Assembly: GCA_963699195.1 (NCBI GenBank)
Contig: OY969420.1
Span: 570,733 to 634,732 of the forward strand
Origin: an uncultured bacterium
Lineage (GTDB): Bacteria > Patescibacteriota > Saccharimonadia > Saccharimonadales > DATKHC01
Reading direction: 5' to 3'
Length of the DNA: 64,000 bases
Shown here: one piece after another, positions 27,786 through 36,100 of the stretch
How the letters are laid out: each line of letters begins with the position of its first letter
Position numbering within the stretch: position 1 is the stretch's first letter
Translations under genes and position numbers: made by a program
Notes under the pieces: model-generated
Databases searched by the model: none
The model's input: only the letters and a program-made list of their open reading frames with translations
Told to the model about the DNA's origin: nothing

Positions 27786-27895
27786 CAAGGGCTGAGTTAC
27801 TTCCAGTGATGGGATAATCACCCACTATAGATATTCCAAAACTACTCAACATATGTTATACTTTACAAAATAAGTTAAATATTGGGCAGGATTTA

Positions 27896-28436
27896 TTGGT
27901 GTCTAACACTGCAATTGATCAGATTAATAAAAAATATATGAAGCCACAAGTTGTCGATGTACACAGTGGTGATACCGTTAAAGTCCACCAAAAAATTCGC
28001 GAGGGAAACAAAGAACGAACTCAGATATTCCAAGGTTTGGTTATTAGAGTTGACCGCAAAAATAGTCACACTAGCCGAATCACGGTTCGAAGAATCTCTA
28101 GTGATATAGGTGTTGAGAAAAGTTTCTTACTTCACAGTCCGCTAATTCTAAAAGTTGAAGTTAGTAAAAAGAAGCAAGGTTCGCCGAAACTATCTTTCAT
28201 ACATGCGTGAGAGAACAGGTAAGGCCACAAGACTAAGTGCAATTGGATTTGATAGTGCCGCGGTTAATACTATCCCTGAACCAGAAGTTTTAGAGCCAGA
28301 AGTTGAAAAAGCAGAAGAGTCTACAGAAGAAGTAGTGGAAGTCAAAGAGGCAGTATCTGAAGAGCCTAAAAAAGAAGAGAAAGTTGAAGCTGAAGCTGAA
28401 GCCGAACCGACTGAAGAAAAATCAGACAAAGAATAG
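27896..28436 (+). pseudogene. rplS: 50S ribosomal protein L19, split by one +1 frameshift near 28163; carries a long acidic C-terminal tail
   Basis: The frame starting at 27896 encodes the L19 core up to ...LILKVEV. The rest (VKRSKVRRNYLSYMRERTGKATRL...) continues in the frame of ORF 28155..28436. Removing base 28163 restores one ORF. Confidence 0.8.
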
Positions 28437-28470
28437 ATAAAATCGCTTGTTTAAACTATTATTACCTCAA

Positions 28471-29046
28471 ATGGCAGGTAATTTTTTTATAGTTGGGGTG
28501 GATGAGGTTGGTAGAGGATGTTTGGCAGGGCCACTAGTTGCAGCTGCGGTTGTGCTTGAAAAGCCGATAGAAGGCCTAATGGATTCGAAAAAACTATCTA
28601 AACGTCGCAGACAGGAGCTTGATAAGATCATTAAGGCTAAAGCCGTAGCTTTTGGAATAGGTTGGACGGAAATCGCTGATATTAATAAACACGGTTTAAC
28701 TTACTCGGTTTCAAATGCAATGAGAAAGGCTGTTTATGCGTTAAAACTCAATGTTGGCAAAGTAATAATTGATGGAAATTATAATTTCCTACCCGAACTT
28801 ACTAATGTGGAACTTATAGTTAAAGCCGATAATCTAATCCCCGAAGTGAGCGCTGCAAGTATTATTGCCAAGGTGTACAGAGACAAATGGATGTCAGACT
28901 TGTCGATTGAATACCCAGAATATGGTTTTGATAAAAATGCTGGATATGGAACGAAATTTCATATGGAGATGATTGAAAAACATGGGCCATGTAAACAGCA
29001 CAGAATGTTTTATAAACCCTTAGCAAAATACATAGCTAATTTTTAG
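28471..29046 (+). CDS. rnhB: Ribonuclease HII
   Basis: VGVDEVGRGCLAGPLVAAAV catalytic motif, with DSKKLS downstream. The ATG at 28471 is preferred over the TTG at 28447. Confidence 0.88.
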   Translation: MAGNFFIVGVDEVGRGCLAGPLVAAAVVLEKPIEGLMDSKKLSKRRRQELDKIIKAKAVAFGIGWTEIADINKHGLTYSVSNAMRKAVYALKLNVGKVIIDGNYNFLPELTNVELIVKADNLIPEVSAASIIAKVYRDKWMSDLSIEYPEYGFDKNAGYGTKFHMEMIEKHGPCKQHRMFYKPLAKYIANF

Positions 29047-31648
29047 TTTGACCAAAAAATGTCTTAACTTCTTCTAGCGATCGGTTACGCCAAGCACTTT
29101 GAAATTCCATTATTTCTAAACCTTGCTTAAAGGACCTATCCATTGCTGGGTTTAATCGTGGCACAAAGAATTTTTTGTATTTATCAATAAACTTTGCTTC
29201 GCTAAATGATCTAGCTGCGTATATCGGCAGCCTGTAAAAAGCTAAATCATTTCCTAGGTTTTTTTCTAGCCAACCCCAATTATCTTTAAGCCATTCCCAG
29301 GTCAAGTGCTTCGAGTGCCTATTCATAAAACTAAAAGCAATCCAATACGTAACATCTTGTAATCGGACGTTATCAGACGTTATTTGCTCTAACGATCGTT
29401 TTATTAAACTTGGTTGCTTAAACCCAGTAAGAGCACCTACAAGGGTTGTTCGTTCTTCACTCATTGTCGAGTTATTATGTAGTTTCAAGAGCTTGTCATA
29501 CTCCTTTTCACCACCGAGTCGTGCAACGGTTCCAAAAACTGTGCCTCTAAGATCTGGGTCTAGGAGGCCACGTTTTACTTTCTTGGACTAGGCATGGAAC
29601 GCAGGTCTGCACTTACGTCATTCACCTCGTCAATTTTTTTAAATACATCTTTGCAGTAAGCAACAATTTTTGGCTCATCAGCAGCTGCAGCCATACTAAG
29701 AATTATTGGTCGTAGTAATCTGTCAAAATGACTATCATTGTCTTTTCTTTTGACACCAAGTCGCGCTAACTCTATTTTAACTAGTTCACGCACGTATGGC
29801 TTCATGTCTTCTCTTAGCTCATCATCGTCCATAACTGCCCTCACACTCCCAACCGAAGATGAGATAATGTCCCAAACAGCGAAATTATTCTCTTGTTTGA
29901 AGAAACTTAGAAAATGGAGGGCTTCAGCGGTATCAAATTTTCCAGCTTTTGCAGTTTCAAAAACGTCACTGAGAATACCAAGGCGATCAATAGGTTTAAA
30001 TTTACCACGGCTTATTAATTCACCTAGTCTTTCTAAGTGACTTGGATTATAAGTAGTCCTATAAAAACCAGTCTGTCCCATATTAAGTTTCAAATCTGCA
30101 TAAGTTTCATTGAGGACTTTGATGTTTCTTGTCAAAATCATCTTCAATTTTAGCGCTATTAGGAAATAGAGCAATTGGCCAGACAGTATGAATCCTTGAG
30201 TTTGTTTTTAGGGTTAATAAAGAATCTTTCCTGGGCAAGTGTGACATGCTTTTCATCAACATTACATTCAACCATCGGAAAACCCGAAGACGTTGTCCAT
30301 TTATGCATGAAGTTTTTTACAGGTTTTTTTGAAACGTCTTCAAGCGCTTTCCAAAGATCAACTGTGTCAGTATTTGAATACGCATTTTTTTCTAGGTAAT
30401 AGCGCAAACCCATTTTAAAATTTTCGGCTCCAACAAACTGGTGAAGCATGTTAATAACACTGGCCCCTTTAGAATAACTAATTGCATCGAAAATTGTCCT
30501 AATTTCGTCGGGATGTTTAACAGGTACTTCGATTGGGTGTGTGTTTTCAAGGGCATCTAGGCAAGTGCTTGATGCTGCTCGTCAACCGCAAACTGTATCC
30601 AAAGCTGCCATTCTGGAAAAATTTTGTCAATGGCTAAGTATTCCATCCAACTGGCAAAGCCTTCGTTCAGCCATAAATCAGTCCACCATCGCATCGTTAC
30701 TAAGTTGCCAAACCATTGATGTGCAAGCTCGTGAGCAACAACTAATGCTACATACTGTTTATTGGCTAGAGAAGTGTTCTTGGTATCAACTAATAGTGCT
30801 TGCTCACGGAAGGTGATACACCCCCAATTTTCCATAGCACCGGCAGCAAAATCTGGGAGCGCAATAAGGTCACATTTTTCCAGTGGATAGTCTATCCCGA
30901 AATAAGAATTATAAAAATCCAAACACTTAACAGCCATCTCAAGCGCAAAATCAACGTGTTCTATTTTATCCGAAGTAGCATAGGTTCTAACGGTCACACC
31001 CTGTTTTGTTTTGGCTTCTTTAAATTTAAGATCTCCTGTAACAAATGCCAAAAGGTATGTGCTCATTTTTGGTGTGGTTTCAAAAGTAGTAGTTTTCATA
31101 TTATTTTGAACAACCTCTGTTGCAACTTTAGTGTTGCCAATCACTACGTCTTCTTTTGGGGTATGTAGTATTAACTCAAATGTTGCTTTTGCTGCTGGTT
31201 CATCAATGCATGGGAAAACTTCACGGGCGTGGTGACTTTCAAACTGTGTGGCAATTAGCTCCTTGTCTTTTTTACCTTCTTTATAAAAGCAAGGATATAT
31301 ACCATTCATTTGACGGGTTATTTTACCGTTAAAGCTGAGCTCAATTGTGTATTTTCCGGGTCTAAGTTTGTCTGCGGTATGTAGTCTAAGTTCTTGTAAT
31401 TTTTCATGGGTGTTAATACTAGTTACTTTAATATCATATGTGGTTTTCTTGTCGTTGTAACTCAAGGTGGCTTTAGTCACTTTTAGCGATGATTGATGAA
31501 ACACTATACGTTGACTGGTCGGACCGACTTTGATGCCCTCAATAGTAACCTTACCTTTAAAAGTTTTTTTTAATTTGTCCGGCTGAATGCTTAATAGGTA
31601 GTGTTTTGGCTTAAATTGGTCATATAACTGTTTTACAGAAGTCTTCAT
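29036..31648 (-). pseudogene. pepN: Aminopeptidase N (M1 family), interrupted by about 3 frameshifts
   Basis: Four colinear ORF pieces: 30557..31648, 30159..30449, 29575..30174 and 29036..29488. They carry GAMENWG, HELAHQWFGNLVT...WLNEGFA and ERAP1-like C-terminal repeats. The bridging peptide DALENTHPIEVPVKHPDEIRTIFDAISYSKGASVINMLHQFVG spans 30430-30558; its start overlaps the end of the first ORF in a different frame and its end runs into the second ORF, so the frameshift lies near 30550. Confidence 0.85.
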
Positions 31649-31780
31649 TTAATTAATTCTAGCATGGCTTCCGCAGAAGTGCGAGTTGCAATAAACACTA
31701 CACTGGGGTATAATTAGGTTGTTCAGGTCGGCCAATCAGGTCGACTTTTTTCATAAAAACATCGTGAAAGGAAATAAATT

Positions 31781-33010
31781 ATGGAACTTGATATGAAACA
31801 GTTAGCCGTGGCTATAAAGTCTATTGCTGAAGAGAAAAACTTACCTGAAGATGTAGTCCAAGAAGCAGTTGAGCAAGCTCTAGCTGCTGCATATCGACGT
31901 GATTATGGTGAGCGTGAACAAGAAGTTCGCGTCACTATGAATCTAAATACTGGCCAAGTTGATGCATTTGTTACTGAAAACAGTTGTTGACAAAGTAGAT
32001 GATCCCGATAGTTCAAATTAGCTTTGGCTGATGCTAAGAAAATTAATCCTGATGTGAAGATTGGAGAGACGGTTGAAGTACACGAAAATATCACTCAATT
32101 TGGTCGTGTAGCTGCTCAAACTGCTAAACAAGTTATTCTTCAAAGACTTACGTGAAGCTGAGCGTGAAATAATCATGAACGAGTATGAAGATAAGATTGG
32201 TACAGTAATAAATGGTATAGTTGCTCGAGTTGAAGGACGAATTGTTCGAGTGGATCTAGGAAAAGCTCAAGGCATTATGCCTCAAAGTGAGCAAATCCAA
32301 AATGAGCGATATTATCCAGGACAAAGAGTCAAAGTTTTCTTAAAAGATGTAGAACGTGGTTTTAGAGGCCCTCAACTTAGTCGTGTCTCGTGGAAGCACT
32401 CAATTTATTGAATGGCTATTTAGCGCAGAAGTTCCTGAAATGGAGAGTGGAGCAGTAGAAATAAAAGGTATTGCCAGAGAAGCGGGTATTAGAACCAAAA
32501 TAGCAGTTCATTAGTACAGTCCCTGGAGTGGACCCAGTTGGTACATTTGTGGGCGGACATGGTACACGAGTAAATGCTGTTATGAGTGAGATTGGTGACC
32601 AAGAAAAAATCGATATTGTAGTTTGGGATGAACAACCAATTCCTTATATAACTAACGCACTAAGCCCAACCAAAGTACAAAAGTAGTACTGAATGAAGCT
32701 AATAAGAAAGCTGAAGTGTATGTGCCAGAGGATCAACTAAGTGTCGCAATCGGTAAAAACGGACAGAATGTTCGACTTGCTAGTAAACTAACCGGCTATG
32801 ATATAGATATAATCTCGGATGAACAGTCCAATGCTCCTGCTGAAACAGCGGAAGTATAAAAGTACCGAATCAGACATTGAGACAAAACCGGAAGCTAAAC
32901 AAGTAACTCAAAAATTGAAGAAAAAAGAGCAACTTGAGAGTAGCTTACTTGATGCCATAAACGAACATGGCGAAGAATCAGATGCCAAAGAAGCCCCAGA
33001 AGAAAAATAA
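31781..33010 (+). pseudogene. nusA: Transcription termination/antitermination factor NusA, at least 7 single-base frameshifts
   Basis: The pieces read colinearly across three frames: FGRVAAQTAKQVILQRL / REAEREIIMNEYEDKIG... / FIEWLFSAEVPEMESGAVEIKGIAREAGIRTKIAV / VPGVDPVGTFVGGHGTRV / [26 protein letters not shown]. Confidence 0.85.
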
Positions 33011-33016
33011 CTAAAC

Positions 33017-33307
33017 TTACTGACCCATTTGCTTAAAACCTGCTACGACTTGATCGTAAATGCTGTTATGACCCCTAGTGAACATCCAAGCATCCAAGGT
33101 TAAGAAAGTGCCCATACATATAGCCATGCCAAGAGAGTGTACTCTTTCTTTCATTCTATGATGTTCGAGTGGATTGGGATGTGCAAGTAAATCTGTAGCC
33201 TCGTTGACTACGTTTTGCAGTTCAGCTTGGTTAATGCTTGAATCAACTACGCTGCCTTTTATATTCCCGACGGCCCAATATTTGGTTGGCTCTGGTATTT
33301 CTGCCAT
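33017..33307 (-). CDS. Hypothetical protein (96 aa)
   Basis: Intact ORF. No family recognised. Confidence 0.4.
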   Translation of the reverse strand: MAEIPEPTKYWAVGNIKGSVVDSSINQAELQNVVNEATDLLAHPNPLEHHRMKERVHSLGMAICMGTFLTLDAWMFTRGHNSIYDQVVAGFKQMGQ

Positions 33308-33463
33308 ATAAAACCTCAGTGTTATGATGAGCTATGTAACCATATTAATAAGACTAATTCAATGGTATTTAATTAAAAATCTACCCTATTAAATGTTAAT
33401 TGTTATTAGAGTAGTTTGGAAAAACCATAAAAATAATCTAAAATATAGCCATAAGTTACTTAT

Positions 33464-34906
33464 ATGACAAAGAAGAAACAGCGAGACTTAAAAAGAGTCA
33501 ATAAGAAGCCACAAATTATTATAATTTTTGTTTTGGCTATTATAGGGGTCAGGATACTTACCCTTAGTCATGCACAGCCCCCAGCAGCTTCGGTCGAAGC
33601 GGAGTCGGGTAGTCTTACGGCACCGGCGGTCAAAGTTCCTAATCCAGGCGCCTCAGGAGATTTAGCAGTACAATTCGGTACAGCTTGTATTTCGCCCCTT
33701 GTTGATATTCATGCAACTTGTTTTTATGGCGGACCGGTTGCATCATCCGCGGAACCTGGAACATGTAATCTAAGCGTGCCGGCAAATCCACTGACCGCAG
33801 CAGGCCTAGCAACGCCTTATGTGATGTCTGGTGATTTAGCGGACTGTCAACAGTCAAATATTGATGACAGTGCGTTTATTCAAGCCGTAATACTTGCCCC
33901 GAATGGCTCTGTTTCTATATATGATCCGTTGATAGTTAATGCCGGCCAAAGCCCGGCGATTCCCCCTGCGACGCCATCTGTCCCTGCGGGATCTACTGTA
34001 GCAATATGGTTTGGATTTAATAATATTTATCTACACCTGATAGGCGCAGGAGCAGGCTCATGTACAAATGGACTACCAAACAGTGACTTTGGGCAGTATG
34101 TTGAATGTAATGCTCCTGCTTGGTTCGCAGCAGCTAATGCTGATGTATCCAGCGGAAAGCTCGTAGTACCTCCTCTTGGCACTTCTAATATTGGTCAAAC
34201 CTGCCCAACAGTTAATAGTTTTGAAATTGTCGATCAGGACCCTAATGACAATGTCCAGACATCTTACCTAGCAAACTTAGGTACAAATGCTATTGCCCAG
34301 AATAGTGCAGCCAACGCCGCCCAACTAAAAGGGGACGCTGTTCTAGCCAATCCATCTGACAATGCGCTACTATCACTTCATGTTGACCCAGCGATCGGCT
34401 GTACTCCTTGGCTAGCACCTGTTCAAGAGAATCCAGGGGCAGTTTCACCATCATTAGCACTTGATCAACTACAGGCCGCAAAAGAACAACCTGCTCCAGC
34501 AGCATACGTAGAACTAACTGATGAAATGACTCTAGTAGCTCCAGGCAAAGCAAATGATAATGACGGCACAACAACGTCAATGTCCAAAACCAATCTTTAT
34601 CGAACTGGAGTTGATCAGCCGGCTGATATAAATGCTGATGAAAAATATTTCTGCACCAATTTGGCAAAAGTTTTCCCATCATGGCTTCAGGCAAATAGAG
34701 TTGCATTTACCGCAGCCGCCTCACCGGACCCAGCTGCTGCAAATAGTTTATATACATTCCTTGGTGGACGATTCATTGGAACTTATGAAATGCAACTTCC
34801 TGCTCCTGGAGTGGTTCCGACTTGTGATAAGGCTACAGGCATCAAAGACCCTCTATCTATGGTGGCAAATGCCGCAGGTGTTACCACGTCAATCAGCATT
34901 CACTAA
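33464..34906 (+). CDS. Secreted hypothetical protein (480 aa)
   Basis: Intact ORF with an N-terminal signal/anchor (IIIIFVLAIIGVRILTLSHA). Ala/Pro/Gly-rich. GC looks higher than neighbours by eye. Confidence 0.6.
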   Translation: MTKKKQRDLKRVNKKPQIIIIFVLAIIGVRILTLSHAQPPAASVEAESGSLTAPAVKVPNPGASGDLAVQFGTACISPLVDIHATCFYGGPVASSAEPGTCNLSVPANPLTAAGLATPYVMSGDLADCQQSNIDDSAFIQAVILAPNGSVSIYDPLIVNAGQSPAIPPATPSVPAGSTVAIWFGFNNIYLHLIGAGAGSCTNGLPNSDFGQYVECNAPAWFAAANADVSSGKLVVPPLGTSNIGQTCPTVNSFEIVDQDPNDNVQTSYLANLGTNAIAQNSAANAAQLKGDAVLANPSDNALLSLHVDPAIGCTPWLAPVQENPGAVSPSLALDQLQAAKEQPAPAAYVELTDEMTLVAPGKANDNDGTTTSMSKTNLYRTGVDQPADINADEKYFCTNLAKVFPSWLQANRVAFTAAASPDPAAANSLYTFLGGRFIGTYEMQLPAPGVVPTCDKATGIKDPLSMVANAAGVTTSISIH

Positions 34907-34925
34907 GGAAACGTCGTTCTTAAAT

Positions 34926-35894
34926 CTAATTAAGTTTGAAATACTCTAGTATTGGTTTGGTAATTTCCTGCATCAAGATGGCTCTATTTGTCCAGTCGTA
35001 GGCACCATTGCCATTTGTAAATATAACGAGACTTATAGTCTGCTTTCCATTTGTAATAATGGTTGCGTCATTAACATTATCAGTGTAGAAGCCAACTTTA
35101 TGGTAAACAGTATCTGTTGAAGGTATAGCTGGTAGTATGAAATTACGGTAGTTTGCTTGTTTTAGGTAACCTAGTAGTAATTGCGTATCCGAACTATTAA
35201 TCAAACTACCTTGATAAAGTGACGTCATTAAGTCAGCCGTGTCTCGTGCACTCAAAGTATTATCTCCATAGTTAAAACTAGTTATACCTAAGTTATTTGC
35301 ATAATCTTGAATTTGATTTGGTGTAAGCTGATCTTCTAGCGCTTGCCATGCAGTATCACTGCTTACTACAATCATTGACTGCATGTCTACATCAGCGGTA
35401 TTTCCATCGTCTAACGTTTCGTCCATAGTCAAATTACCATCTTCAACCTGATCAAAGTAATCGGTCGCAGTTAGTATCTTGGCTACACTTGCTGCAGTCA
35501 TTGGCCCAGACTGACCAAAATTATATTGATCCCCGTTGTTTATATTATTTATTGCTACTTCAAAAGTTATATTAGAATTTTGTTGAATTATCGCATTTAC
35601 TTGGCTTTTCATGCTTGCTAAAGCTGCTTGATCGGCCGCGGAAACATGAGGTTGATTCTCAGATTCTGGTTTTGGTTTAACAATGGCCTTCTTTATATCG
35701 TCTATATCTTTTTTTGGAGTATGTAGATAGTGCCAGCTTCCAAAACCAATTAATATCAAAACCAAAAAGGTAATAAATACTTTAAGCTTTTTAGATTTTT
35801 TAGGTTTGGGCTGTAATTGATATGGTTGCCTATTAACACCTCGATAATAGTTATTGTAAATATATTTTGGGGTCTGATTTTGTTTATTTTCCAT
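34926..35894 (-). CDS. Membrane-anchored serine hydrolase, class A beta-lactamase-like
   Basis: 322-aa intact ORF with an N-terminal TM. S-x-x-K (ASVAKI), SDT (in place of SDN) and KVG (in place of KTG) motifs occur in the right order. Confidence 0.6.
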   Translation of the reverse strand: MENKQNQTPKYIYNNYYRGVNRQPYQLQPKPKKSKKLKVFITFLVLILIGFGSWHYLHTPKKDIDDIKKAIVKPKPESENQPHVSAADQAALASMKSQVNAIIQQNSNITFEVAINNINNGDQYNFGQSGPMTAASVAKILTATDYFDQVEDGNLTMDETLDDGNTADVDMQSMIVVSSDTAWQALEDQLTPNQIQDYANNLGITSFNYGDNTLSARDTADLMTSLYQGSLINSSDTQLLLGYLKQANYRNFILPAIPSTDTVYHKVGFYTDNVNDATIITNGKQTISLVIFTNGNGAYDWTNRAILMQEITKPILEYFKLN

Positions 35895-36008
35895 CTCTAA
35901 TATTGAACCATTATAAACTATCCTTAAGCCTATTATATTGATTTAGCTGCACTTAGGCTGTCAGATTCATGAAATTATCTTAAAATTAATACCTAAACTA
36001 TCTGTAAA

Positions 36009-36035
36009 TTAGCACTCTTGACTCACGAGTGCTAA
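36009..36035 (+). promoter_or_regulatory. CIRCE element (HrcA operator) overlapping the predicted clpC promoter
   Basis: TTAGCACTC-TTGACTCAC-GAGTGCTAA is a perfect match to TTAGCACTC-N9-GAGTGCTAA. TTGACT in the spacer (36018-36023) and TATTAT 16 nt downstream. It lies 66 nt upstream of the clpC ATG. Confidence 0.85.
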
Positions 36036-36100
36036 ATGGTATTATGGATATAGCGATAAATAATAAAATAATTCGCTAGATAAGGTGGTAAAGAAAAATT

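Noticed and set aside
14270-27793. A canonical integron (intI plus attI plus attC array)
   Set aside because: No tyrosine recombinase ORF is in the window. The repeats are 25-48 nt, shorter than described attC sites. I cannot place RYYYAAC / GTTRRRY core sites on either strand. Only the architecture is integron-like.
27751-27840. A genuine tRNA or tmRNA gene on the minus strand ending in the terminal repeat copy
   Set aside because: Only the T-loop heptamer and the spacing to CCA fit. The T-stem pairs 3 of 5. The candidate acceptor 5' strand (TGGGTGA) matches 5 of 7 and leaves only ~60 nt in total, which is too short for D and anticodon arms. I keep it as a possible remnant, not a gene.
14004-27895. 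A prophage or an integrative conjugative element
   Set aside because: I saw no integrase, terminase, capsid, tail, relaxase or type IV secretion genes. The region is a patchwork of unrelated small units rather than a functional module.
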